Shown piece after piece: positions 8,900 to 20,080 of a stretch of DNA of 41,044 nucleotides (position 1 is the stretch's first letter; every line of letters starts with the position of its first letter). The stretch comes from Octopus bimaculoides (Eukaryota). Under the pieces are notes generated by a model, which was not told the origin of the DNA, ran no database searches, and was given only the letters and a program-made list of their open reading frames with translations. The translations under genes and the position numbers were made by a program. The stretch covers positions 107,790,736 through 107,831,779 of the forward strand of contig NC_068986.1 of NCBI RefSeq assembly GCF_001194135.2, written 5' to 3'.

Positions 8900-10200
8900 G
8901 ATTCGATAAAATGTGTTAGGGAGGAATGAAAGATCGTGTCGTCTGCATTAGTATGGGCTTTGTTGGATGTGGTGGCAAATACATCATCGATGTATAGATG
9001 GAAGAAAGTGGAAGGCAAAACCGAACCTTGAGGTACATTAGAGTTGATTTCGAATGGAGCAGAAACAGTTCCGTCGATACATGCTACGATCTCGCACTCA
9101 AACAGAAAGCTAACAGAGAATTACTAATTCAGGTAAGCTGAAAGTTTTGATAGGAGATATGCAGGCTAAATATGGTAGGAGGCTTTGCTGATATCTAGTC
9201 TAAGAGTATATTATCACTCTCATCATAATTCTCGAAAGCAAAAGCCTAGTGGTGAGTGACATAAGAGAGTAGATGCACTGAGAGGAAAGAGAGAGAGAAA
9301 GAGAGAGAGATTCAAGGTTTTGGAAATTTTTTATTATTTGTGGTTGTTCTATTATCTCAGAGATGTTAGATGTAAGGGCAATAGGGTGATAGTTGGCTGG
9401 ATCAAAAGTAGGAGACACTGAGGAGAGCTGTCAGGGTATATCCTTCTAGAAAGTGAGAAATTAAAGATTCGGTGGGTATAAAAGTAAGTTCTAGAGTGGA
9501 TTGTTTAAGTGTAATTGAAGGGACATTACCAGGGCCGGTGGTCTTGTTTGAAACAACTGTATGTAGCCCTGCATTTTTCATGTGTGTATGCGAAGCGGGA
9601 ATCTTGGTGAATATGGAACGGATTGACTAAGGGTAAATAGTGTGGAGTTAGACGCACATCAGAGAACGCCGGTGGAGAATTTCTGCATGCGAGTGCTGCA
9701 TATAGAGTTACCGTTGATCAGAAGAGAAGACAAAGAAGACTCCAAAAAATTGTGGAGATTCTATTGGCAAAAAAAAAACAGATTTGGTTGCAATATGGGA
9801 GTCGAGAAAACCTGACGGCTGTGGGTTGCATGAAGACATCCGTTTCACATCCAAGTGACTGTTTTCATTGTCGCAGATACATGTGATACTTTGAGCGGTG
9901 TAAAGACAATGAGTACCCCTGAAGTCAAAAGTTCCATGACCTACGCTGCAAGAAAAGATAATTGCACAACTTATAATAATATATATCAGTGTTATAACTA
10001 CAGTAGCACTGAGGGTTCGCATTTCTCTGAATCGCTATATTCGTTATAAAGAAGAAATATCCAGTTCCGATTTTGAATCAAAGCAGGTAGAACATCCTAT
10101 CAAATTCTGAAAGTTTTTGGAAATCTGGTATATCGGAAATAACCTTAAAGATGACCACCACATCTTGTTTTTTGGATGGTTTATTTTTCTTTCTCTTTGT
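8900..10200 (-). mobile_element. Decayed CR1/Jockey-like LINE ORF2 (linker plus reverse transcriptase)
   Basis: Minus-strand motifs occur in the expected order: NKTTGPGNVPSITLKQSTLEL (about 9540-9480), DPANYHPIALTS (about 9400), LDISKA..LLSKLSAY (about 9200), INSNVPQGSVL..LYIDD (about 9040) and NADD (8938-8949). The upstream extension to about 10200 is weaker (WSSLR, TSGVLIVFTP, W.*NGCLHA). Confidence 0.8.
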
Positions 10201-11758
10201 CCCTTAACCTTCATCTTCTTAGACTCATTCACAAGGCAACAAAACAATGCATATAGGACGCTTCCACAATAGCAAGAATTCCTAATCTACCCGCTCTTTC
10301 ACAGTTGTTCTGACAAAAATTAAGAGACCATCATTTCAAAAATAGTCTTACAAGTTCGCTCGTTTTATATCTCCGTAGCCTTATCGCATTTTTAGAATTT
10401 GTTTGTTATCATAACTTCCAGTATTAGCATAGATGATGTGTATTCTTTAGCATCCACACAATAAGTATAATAGATACAACTTCCTAGCAGTTGACTGTCT
10501 AGTTGAGCATTGTTTTGCTAACCAACACTTCCGTTTCTCAATATATTTCATGAATCTTTCAATAGATGATCACCAAACATACTTTAAGATTGCGGAATAT
10601 CAAAACAACCTTTTCTTATTTAATTATATGGTTTCGTATTTTTTTACTCTTTATTAGTATTATTAGGTTTCTTTCATCCAGGGGTACTGATTGCTTTCAT
10701 CGATTTTTTTTTCATCATACATCTATAAACGATATTATATCATAAATGGTAATCGCTACTATCAATTTTTCAAAATATTTCTTTTCCCGTCATGAATATA
10801 TATTATTTTTTTAATAGAAAGTCATTTTTTTTTGTTTGTGTAAATATTAGTGATTTGATTTTCTTTTCTTTTTACCGAAGATAACTTAAAGTAAATAGGA
10901 CTGGTTTCATTTTACAGACATAAAGCTTACTTGGCAATCAGACATATTTCTAAACTGAATATGTGGTTACAATGAATCTTGGCGAACAATTGCAAAGATA
11001 ACAAGAAAGTAAAACGTAAAGCTTCTTAAGAAATAAATTATTAATCTTAGTTTTTTATATAAATGATGTTTTATAAATGTAAGCTGTTGATATGTCGAGG
11101 GAAATAAAGATAATCTATTGATTGGAAGGAGAATAAGAAAAATATTATATTTTATATTCCAATTTAGATTTATTACTCAAATCATACTTTCCTTACTTTT
11201 GCTAAAATTATTTGAAAAGCCTATTAAATATTTGCAGAATTTCAAATATATATCGAAGAAATTGTAAGGAAGAGAGGATCTAAAATAAATAAATATATAA
11301 AACAAAACTTGTAAAAAGAATAGCATTAGTTTGTTATCTTTTGTTCTTCCTTTGCTTTAAGAAGATTTTGAATATTAATGAACACACATTTAACCACACA
11401 TTGACAACAATAGCTGTAGAGACTGCTTTAAAATAATATTATATATTTATAAACATACTGAGTCATTCTGCAAACTCTTTAAGCAATAACACAAATTCAT
11501 ACAGAAAATTGATATGTAGCCATGATTTTTTGAATTCAACTTTTTCTAGTCTTCGTTTCCTTCTGTACGATGTAACCACTATCATCTGTCTTCCCTCACA
11601 TCAGATATGGATACATGCTCCTTCTTTACATGTGCTTTCTCTTTTATATGTTCATTTTATATACATATGTTTTAGCTGATGTCACATGTTCCCTCTTCAA
11701 ATATGCTTCTTTTTATCTGTACACTCATCGTATCGTACAAAATTGTGTAATTCGAAAT

Positions 11759-12060
11759 TGTACTTGTCTGACAACTGATTTGATCTGAGGCAGTGTGTTG
11801 AAACGAGAGCAATTACAATATGGAAGATATATATCAGCCTTTCTAAAACACACAAAAGCTATTAACTTCAATAAAATATTTACCATTCGGTCTCAAAATT
11901 TTCTATTTTCGTCGTACCACCTGCTATCTTGGCATTGAGTCAGTTCTACCGCAGTGAAACTTTTTCAGTGACCAAGTTGCAAATAGTGCGACGAAACTGT
12001 TGACAGCAAATAGATTATTAAATTATGTTAACATGCTTTTGTGTGCGGGACTGGCTAGTA
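11759..12060 (+). repeat. Diverged local duplicate, copy 1 (partner 12566-12805)
   Basis: TGTACTTGTCTGACAACTGATTTGATCTGAGGCAGTGTGTTGAAA vs TGTACTTGACTGACAAGTGATTTTTATCTGAAGCTGTGCGTTGAAA, and CAGTGACCAAGTTGCAAATAGTGCGAC vs CAGTGACCAGGTTGCAACTAGTACGAC. Confidence 0.75.
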
Positions 12061-12565
12061 TACGATTCCTGAGCTTTAGAATCATTTATAGTTTGTATAA
12101 AAACCTTATTTATGTACAGACTCTATCGTGAAAAACAAAATCTTCACCTGGAAATTTTTATCAGCAATAAAAAAATTTATTGATGCAGATGATTGTAGAA
12201 AATGATTAACTATCAGCAAACCTTGATATTCTTCATTATTCCTCAGGCATTAATAGTTTTCTTTTATAATTTTAAAAACACTAACTGTGCCAACTTCAAA
12301 TTTATCTCTAATTGGCTTAATTCCAAAAAATCAAATACTGTATAAAATATTACAGTTGTCAATGGATAAATGAAAATGAATTCTTAATTTCTGCTAAATA
12401 CAAAACAATATTCCCGGAATTTTTTTTCAATATTTTTATATCCTTAACAAAAGTCAACTGGATATTTATGTGGCATTAAGCCAAATAGTTAGAACGTGTG
12501 TGAGGAGTGAGGTGTACTTCAGAAATAATCGATTCTCAGTTTGAGGAAGAGCACAATTTCTGAGA

Positions 12566-12805
12566 TGTACTTGACTGACAAGTGATTTTTATCTGAAGCT
12601 GTGCGTTGAAAGTAAAACAATTACAGCGTAGAAAACGCATATTAGTCATTCAAAAACGGTTAACTTCACATAAACAATTATTTTTGGTATCCAAATTTCC
12701 GTCCAGATAATCCTTGTCAGTGACCAGGTTGCAACTAGTACGACAAAAAATATGACATTAATTAATGACCAGTTAATAGTTTTGTATATTTGTCAGTGGC
12801 TAGCA
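12566..12805 (+). repeat. Diverged local duplicate, copy 2
   Basis: Collinear blocks matching copy 1. The first block is offset by 807 bp. Confidence 0.75.
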
Positions 12806-12807
12806 AC

Positions 12808-12985
12808 ATTTCGTCCGTCTTTACATTCTGGGTTCAAATTCCGCTGAGGTCAACCTTGCCTTTCATCCTTTTGGAGTTGATAAAATAAGTACCAGTGTGT
12901 CCAGCACTGGTGTCCATTTACTTGACATAACCCCCTCCCCACTGCAAAAAAAGCTGTTGTTTTGTGCCAAAATTTGACACCAGTA
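12808..12985 (+). mobile_element. SINE family M, 5'-truncated, B2-type tail
   Basis: GGGTTCAAATTCCGCTGAGGTCAACCTTGCCTTTCATCC..GATAAAATAAGTACCAG..TTGTGCCAAAATTTGA. Confidence 0.8.
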
Positions 12986-13772
12986 TCTGTCTCCCACGCT
13001 ATACTTGAAGAACACAGAGTGAAAACAGTTCCCTCCTAATATTTATTGAGATTAGTTAAGTTATAAAAGCTGAGTTAAGATATGTGTATCCCATTCACTC
13101 GGGAGTGTTTCATATTGATTGTGTTGTTCTAGTATATTGCGAGATCGATGCTTAATATTGAATTATGGATTGACGAATTCTTGAAGGTTCTTCTGACGTA
13201 GCTTACTAGAAAGTAATTCATTTAAATATTTTTTAATAGATTTGCAATGCGCTTTGTCTAAATTTTTCTACAGGCTGTTGCATAGCTGTGAGCTTTTAGA
13301 TGCCAAACGGCAGCAGTATAACGATGTCTTTGAAAAAATATATTTGAATGATGTTAGTTGCTACGTAAACTCTCATGAAAATTTGTATTTACTCCCATTG
13401 TTTTGTTTTTTTTTTAATCTAAAATTGAATTTATATAAAAACGGTGGATCTTTTCTTTTTATAGTTTTTTTTTTTTTTAATATCCTGAAAGATCATGAAG
13501 CTGATACAAAACCAAGATGAAAATAAAAAGGAAATTTTGCAAATGCAAGCAACAGAAAATACACATTCACTATACTTGTATGTGTTGCCTCAAAATAACC
13601 TTTGAACTCTAAAGTAAATGTCAGATATATTTTTGACAGAGAAGCATTAGCTATTCCTCCGTGAATCAATTTTATTCAATTATAATGCAGGGATGGATTT
13701 TTTAGAAGAGTTCACCTAATATTTTAATTCAATTGTTATTTTAATTTAGCTGTTATTATTCATGATAATGTG

Positions 13773-13806
<34 letters not shown>

Positions 13807-14213
13807 AGCTTTTTGTTATTTTCAGGCTTCTCTATTTCTTGTTAACATCGCTAGTGAATCAATTGGTAGTTTTTATGTCTCCAGTCATAATAGGTTACCA
13901 AAGAAATACTGTATCGTGTGACAAAATCATTAATAAAACAAAATAAAACAAAAGAACGAAAAATAAGACGTTAAACAAAAAATTAAGATATGGAGACATT
14001 AAAAAGATATTAAGAAGAATGGAGTGAATCAATAAATCGATAATTTCGGTATGTGATTATGTTGTGATTATGTGGAAAATTCTGAACAGAAAGGAGGAAT
14101 AGTGTGAATAATATTACAAGCACCAAGCAATTTCCAAAAATCCTTGTCGGACATTTATACGTGAATTAAATGTGCATTGGTCAAATTATGTATTAATTTG
14201 CTTAAAACGTTTC

Positions 14214-14268
<55 letters not shown>

Positions 14269-14339
14269 GAGAGAGGGAGAGATAATAAAGCAGTGTAGAT
14301 AAACACGATTAGGCTACATACATATCTACATACATATAT

Positions 14340-15015
14340 TTCAGTTCTATATTTAAGAGATGAGGAATTATGTTCATTATTTACATTATTTACATTTGAC
14401 GGATATTTGTCTTCATCTTGTTTGTTGTTAACACAACGTTTCGGCTGATATACCCTCCAGCCTTCATCAGGTGTCTTGGGTAATTTCGAACCTGTCTTAG
14501 GCTTGCACTTTATGATGATGTGTGTTTGGAGGATTTGATCCATTCTATGGTCCCTTTTAGTAAAGGGATGTTCTGGAAAATAGTGTCCAAGGCCTCATTG
14601 TTTAGGGGTTTGTACATAGATATGTATGGTAGGGCTTTTGGTTGTAAATCCTTCTTTAGTTTGGGGTGTCTGAGTTCGTGGATGTTGAAAGGTATATCAA
14701 TTAGTGATGGTGGGTAGTTCCTGCTGATGAGTGTATCCTTTAGCTCAAGTAGTCGTGTGTCCCTGGTGCTTGTATCAGATACTATAGTACAAATCCTTTT
14801 TGCCAGATTGTAAGGGATATTCATTCTGGTTCGTCTGGGGTGACATGAGTTGAACGGCAGATATTGCTTAGAGTCCGTGGGCTTTTAGTATATGTCTGTT
14901 TCTATTTTGTTGTTAGATTTCTTAATAAAGATGTCGAAAAATGGAAGTTGTTGGTGGCTATATTCCATCGTAAAGTGAATGTTCATGTCAAGTCCATTCA
15001 GAAATGCTTGAAATA
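14340..15015 (-). mobile_element. Penelope-like element (PLE) fragment: RT C-terminal/thumb region joined directly to a pLTR-type tail
   Basis: Minus strand reads NIHFTMEYSHQQLPFFDIFIKK..IETDIY*KPTDSKQYLPFNSCHP..NIPYNLAKRICTIVSD..RDTRLLELKDTLISRNYP. No GIY-YIG domain is visible before the tail, which begins near 14490. Confidence 0.85.
14430..14475 (-). ncRNA. Minimal type I hammerhead ribozyme motif (PLE-type)
   Basis: GACAC-CTGATGA-A-GGCTG(GAGGGTATAT)CAGCC-GAAAC-GTT-GTGTT. The core is intact, stem II has 5 bp, stem I is GACAC/GTGTT and helix III is the palindrome AACGTT. Confidence 0.65.
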
Positions 15016-15116
15016 AGTCTCTCTATACTTTCGTGCCAAAGAATGAAACAGTCATCTACATATCTTTTACAGTTATTTTCGATGTACAGAGAGAATGGGT
15101 TTTCCCCCAGGGAGAA

Positions 15117-15170
15117 CTATTTGAGGACTATGGAAATATTTACCTATTTGAAGACTATGGAAATATTTAC
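15117..15170. repeat. 27-bp tandem duplication (1 mismatch)
   Basis: CTATTTGAGGACTATGGAAATATTTAC followed by CTATTTGAAGACTATGGAAATATTTAC. Confidence 0.9.
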
Positions 15171-15379
15171 AAAACATTTCACTTATTTTTTTTCTCCAAA
15201 TTTAATTGTTTTTTTTTATTTTACTCTTAGTTAAAAGAGTTTAAAAGACGGAAACTGCTACCAAAATGTACTTCATAATAGAATTATTTTAGCATTTTCT
15301 ACCTTGTCTTATTTTCCTTATGTGTGTGTATGTATATGTATGTAAGTATGTATACGTATATATGCATATGTATATATAC

Positions 15380-15433
<54 letters not shown>

Positions 15434-15477
15434 GCATATATATATATGTATATGTATATGTATATATGTATATATCT

Positions 15478-15572
15478 ACCGCTTGACAACTGGTGGTGGT
15501 GTGTTTACATCCTCGTGACTTACCGGTTCGGCAAAAGAGACCGATAGAATAGGTACTAGGCTTCAAAAGATA
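15478..15572 (+). mobile_element. SINE OR-like 3' half fragment following a long (TA)/(TATG) tract (about 15320-15475)
   Basis: CGCTTGACAAC..GTGTGTTTACATCC..GGTTCGGCAAAAGAGACCGATAGAATAGGTACTAGGC. Confidence 0.8.
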
Positions 15573-15703
15573 ACTGACCGATCGCACCATAAATAGAAAC
15601 GTTGGATACCCACAATCACCGCCGTTGTTTCTCTTCACTGCTGTCTGAGGAATTGCTACAAGATTTTCCACACTCAACTTCGATATATATAGAAGCACAT
15701 ACA

Positions 15704-15748
15704 CACACATTCAAGTACACACATTCAAGTACACATTCAAGTACACAT
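15704..15748. repeat. Short minisatellite (CACATTCAAGTA-type unit, 3 copies)
   Basis: Direct reading. Confidence 0.8.
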
Positions 15749-16665
15749 AATGTAAAAATTATCTGTTCACCAGTAATTCCCATCTCCACCTTCCAGTACT
15801 CCACTACCACGTCTCCACCCAAATTCCAACCCCAACCCCCACTTTGGAACAATGTTTCTAGGCTATCTCAGACTCATCTTCAGAATGTGGACTGTAATCT
15901 TGATGCACACATTCAATTAACCCTTCATAAAAAGAAAAATTAGGACAGGTTGTGTTTTCAATATGCTGTAAAGTGGGTTCCTCCTACTAGTGTGATGTGT
16001 GACTGCTGTTGTACTGTAGTTGCTGTTTTATATTAGTAGCCTCAATAGTTACTAGTCATCGGATACCGTTGTATTTCTTCAATTCCACAAGAGACCGACT
16101 AGAACTGTCGACTCTTCACTCTTCGACTCTGGACCCTCTCTTGACGACCGGCTACTAGTTTATTTATAATGGCTTGCACCTACCACTTTTTATCGGGAGG
16201 AGTATACAGTTTCACTATACAACACAATACAGTATATTTTTTAAAAGCTGTTCCCTACACAACTACATACACACAAACTCACACACATACATACGTGCGT
16301 ATACATACATATAGATACATATATGTATCTGTATGAATGTAGATAATTATATAGAAACATGTTTTGTTGAATGCACAATTGCTTTCTAGTTTTATTTTTT
16401 TATAGTGTGTTTTTTTCATATTTTGGTATGAGTTCATTGCAGTTTCTTCAGAACAACGAATCTATCGATAGCATTTCCTAAATTTATCGATAGCATTTCT
16501 AAACAATTAAGGGAACTCGTACGCAAATCCGCAAATAAACATTAGATTTTTTTTTAAAGCTACTAAACTAGAACACAGTAGAATTATGTATTCAATGCCA
16601 CACGTTTCAAAGAAATACATGGAGCTTCCTATATCTATCTGCCTATCTAGCTATTCTTCTGACAG

Positions 16666-16667
<2 letters not shown>

Positions 16668-16745
<78 letters not shown>

Positions 16746-16760
16746 TCTCATGCTCTTTCT

Positions 16761-16799
<39 letters not shown>

Positions 16800-16800
16800 T
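16668..16800. repeat. Compound (CT)n-(GT)n microsatellite
   Basis: Direct reading. Confidence 0.95.
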
Positions 16801-16891
16801 GTGTATGAACATATACACGTATATACACATAAATATATACATAGATATAATATTATATGTATATATGTATGTATGCTTGTGTGAGTGTGTG

Positions 16892-17125
16892 TTATTTCTT
16901 TACTACCTACAAGAGGCTACACACAGAGGGGACAAACAAGGACAGACAAAGGGATTAAGTCGATTATATCGACCCCAGTGCGTAACTGGTACTTATTTAA
17001 TCGACCCCGAAAGGATGAAAGGCAAAGTCGACCTCAGCGGAATTTGAACTCAGAACGTAGCAGCAGACGAAATACCGCTCAGCATTTCGCCCGGCGTGCT
17101 AACGTTTCTGCCAGCTCGCCGCCTT
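16892..17125 (-). mobile_element. SINE family M, full length, B1-type tail
   Basis: Minus strand AAGGCGGCGAGCTGGCAGAAACGTTAGC..GAGTTCAAATTCC..TTTGTCTGTCCTTGTTTGTCCCCTC..AAAGAAATAA. Confidence 0.9.
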
Positions 17126-17180
17126 ATGTGTGTATGTGTGTATGTATGTGTGTATGCGTGTGTGTAAGTGTGTATGTGAG

Positions 17181-17227
17181 TGGAGGCGCAATGGCCCAGT
17201 GGTTAGGGCAGCAGACTCGTGATCATA
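17181..17227 (+). mobile_element. SINE family A head, cut off by an assembly gap
   Basis: TGGAGGCGCAATGGCCCAGTGGTTAGGGCAGC. Confidence 0.9.
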
Positions 17228-17673
17228 NNNNNNNNNNNNNNNNNNNNNNNNNNNNNNNNNNNNNNNNNNNNNNNNNNNNNNNNNNNNNNNNNNNNNNNNN
17301 NNNNNNNNNNNNNNNNNNNNNNNNNNNNNNNNNNNNNNNNNNNNNNNNNNNNNNNNNNNNNNNNNNNNNNNNNNNNNNNNNNNNNNNNNNNNNNNNNNNN
17401 NNNNNNNNNNNNNNNNNNNNNNNNNNNNNNNNNNNNNNNNNNNNNNNNNNNNNNNNNNNNNNNNNNNNNNNNNNNNNNNNNNNNNNNNNNNNNNNNNNNN
17501 NNNNNNNNNNNNNNNNNNNNNNNNNNNNNNNNNNNNNNNNNNNNNNNNNNNNNNNNNNNNNNNNNNNNNNNNNNNNNNNNNNNNNNNNNNNNNNNNNNNN
17601 NNNNNNNNNNNNNNNNNNNNNNNNNNNNNNNNNNNNNNNNNNNNNNNNNNNNNNNNNNNNNNNNNNNNNNNNN

Positions 17674-19265
17674 TACAAATCAATTTTCTCCATTGAAATT
17701 AACTAAAATATAATTAATCCGTTCCAGCCCCCGCAAAACCGCCCAAAATGATTTTTTATAGGACTTAAAACAGAAACGGTGTAGTTACAAGTAAAATGAC
17801 AGTTATAAAAAAGAGAATGCAAAAGAAATATATAAACTGGTTTTATTAACTTAAAGACGGAAGGATTTGTGCCCGAGGAAGGCGACAGAGCGGGAAGGAG
17901 AAGGATTACTCTTTTACTCTTTACTTGTTTCAGTCATTTGACTGTGGCCATGCTGGAGCACCACCTTTAGTCGAGAAAATCGACTCCAAGACTTATTCTT
18001 TGTAAGCCTAGTACTTATTCTATCAGTCTCTTTTGCCGAACCGCTAAGTTACGGGGACGTAAACACACCACCATTAGTTGTCAAGTGATGTTGGGGAGGG
18101 GGACAAACACAGACACAAAAACATATACATACACACATACACACACATATATATACATATATACGACGGGCTTAATTCAGTTTCCGTCAACTAAATCCAC
18201 TCACAAGGCTTTGGTCGGCCCGAGGCTATAGTAGAAGACACTTGCCCAAGGTGCCACGCAGCGGGACTGAACCCGGAACCATGTGGTTGGTAAGCAAGCT
18301 ACTTACCACACAGCCACTCCTACGCCTATACTGTTTGGATTTCTGGCATTTTATGTTTCACTTTGATAGATTTAAGCATTTTGGACACACGTTCTTCTCT
18401 TTTTACACTTGCAGGTCGTTTCATTAGAAACATATCAAGAGAAGTCTGTTTTTCCCTGCCTTTCAAAATGTAACGAAAATGTGCCAGAGCAGAATCATTA
18501 AATTAAGCAGCTGCACAATCTGTAGCTACTTTTTCAGGATGATATTTATCTACAAATTCAGAAATATACTGCCACTTTGCCAACACTGCCTATGTCACTC
18601 GTAGGGGTAGCATTTTACGCTTCACTGTCCTCCTTCGAGGAACCTATCTCTTCCACCGCATCCAAATACTGCTGCTCCTGAAGCTGTAGGGGTTCAACTG
18701 TCCCCTGCTTCTCTGAGTGTTCCTCGATGAGATCGTTAATGTCCCCATCAACTTCGAGGCCCATGGACTTCCTATTAGACACTATCTCCTCAACTACTGG
18801 TGTCTCAGACTCAAACCCCTCGAGGACTTTTTCAGATACGCAGTTAGACCACAGTTTCCTCCATGCGGAATTCATTGTTCTCGTTACACCCTGCCAGACT
18901 ATATCGATGATTTTCAGGCTGTTTACAATGCTGTAGTGCTCCTTCTAAATCTCACAAACGGTTAGATTTGTATCTTCGGTGACTTCAAATCACCGACGAA
19001 ACGAAACAATTGTTTAGTGTACAATTTCTTAAAATTAGAAGTCACCTGTTGGTCCATGGGCTGCAAGATAGGGGTGGTGTTGCGTGAAAGGTACAGAACT
19101 TTTATAAATTTAAATTTGTCCAGGATATCACCTTTGGGGTTAGGAGGGTGAACAGGAACATTGTCGAGTATGAGGGCCTCAAGAGGAAGATTGTCCTCCA
19201 GAAGGTACTTTTTCAGTGCTGGTCCGAAGACAAGGTTGACCCACTCGGAGAAGATTGTAACCATA
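17674..19265 (-). mobile_element. Tigger/pogo-type DNA transposon remnant (DDE_1 transposase C-terminal half), interrupted by a SINE
   Basis: Minus strand reads WVNLVFGPALKKYLLEDNLPLEALILDNVPVHPP..NTTPILQPMDQQVTSNFKKLYTK, then MNSAWRKLW..GLEVDGDINDLIEEH, then HPEKVAT..HFRYILKGREKQTSLD. A subterminal ATTAATCCGTTCCAG lies near 17712. Confidence 0.85.
17906..18327 (-). mobile_element. SINE OR-like, full length, inserted in the Tigger remnant
   Basis: Minus strand AGGCGTAGGAGTGGCTGTGTGGTAAG..CACCTTGGGCAAGTGTC.., internal (TG/TATG) tract, tail GTAAAGAGTAAAAGAGTAA. Confidence 0.92.
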
Positions 19266-19269
19266 TGCC

Positions 19270-19810
19270 ACTTGTTTTTTCTCTTTGTAACATGTTTGCT
19301 TCAGCGACGGACCTGGGCTGTCCGAGCGAGTCGTTCCACTTGGTTCTTCTCTTGCTGCACCAAATTAAACGTCAATGTCTAAGCCTTCCACATCGTGCTG
19401 TACCTTCCACTCTACCTTTCATTGTTGATTCTGCTGGCGTCTCGAACCTGTTCCTTTCCTCCTCCATCTCAACTTCCTTCATCCTTTTCTGGCTCTCTGG
19501 TGGAGAACTCACCCGTTCCTTCCTTTTCCTTATATTCACGACCGTGAATGATTCCTCTCCTTTCGACACCATCACTTCAGTACTCTGTTCTTCACTCTGT
19601 TGTTTCTGCTCCTCCTCTTCGTTTTCTTTCTGGGGGCACCTCACCTTCATGTGCCCCTTTTGACCAGTAGTGGTCTGCCTTCTACCACTACTCTTAGTCT
19701 GATGTCTTCTGGGAGAATGATCTCCTCTGTGACCCTGCTTGCTGTGCCTGTTCGCTATTTATCAGTAGGGGAACAGCCCACTTCTCATTTGGGGTGTCCG
19801 CCACAACAAA
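19270..19810 (-). mobile_element. Non-LTR retrotransposon ORF1 (gag-like, L1/Tx1-type) fragment with a partly deleted CCHC knuckle
   Basis: Minus strand reads IRLRVVVEGRP, then after a frameshift GQKGHMKVRCPQK, then a charged tail (ORF 19372-19650, RKRKERVSSPPESQKRMKE). The clade assignment is from recall. Confidence 0.55.
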
Positions 19811-19820
19811 GCACATATAC

Positions 19821-19997
19821 AGGCGCAGGGGTGGTTGCATGGTAAGAAGCTTGCTTCCCAACCACATGGTTCCGGGTTCACTCCCACAGCGTAGCACCTT
19901 GGGCAAGTGTCTTTTATTATTGCCTCGGGCCGACCAAAGTCTTATCAGTGGCTTTGATAGACGGAAACTGAAAGAAACCTCCGTCGTGTATGTATAC
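19821..19997 (+). mobile_element. SINE OR-like 5' half running into (GACA)(GATA)n at about 19997-20078
   Basis: AGGCGCAGGGGTGGTTGCATGGTAAG..CACCTTGGGCAAGTGTC..GGAAACTGAAAGAAACCTCCGTCG. Confidence 0.88.
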
Positions 19998-20005
19998 AGA
20001 CAGAC

Positions 20006-20080
<75 letters not shown>

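Noticed and set aside
9708-10022. 104-aa ORF with a hydrophobic N-terminus and cysteines, resembling a secreted protein
   Set aside because: It lies on the same strand directly upstream of clear CR1/Jockey RT motifs, and other frames give weak LINE linker similarity. It is most likely an off-frame reading of decayed LINE, though not fully excluded.
15117-15170. Short direct repeats as a CRISPR-like array (also 23793-23880, 37600-38027)
   Set aside because: The repeats are adjacent with no unique spacers, the context is eukaryotic and no cas genes are present.
16040-16260. Possible solo LTR (TATAAATA and R-like sequence on the minus strand); similar suspicion at 1853-2030
   Set aside because: No TG..CA boundaries with a TSD, no partner LTR and no PBS/PPT were identified.
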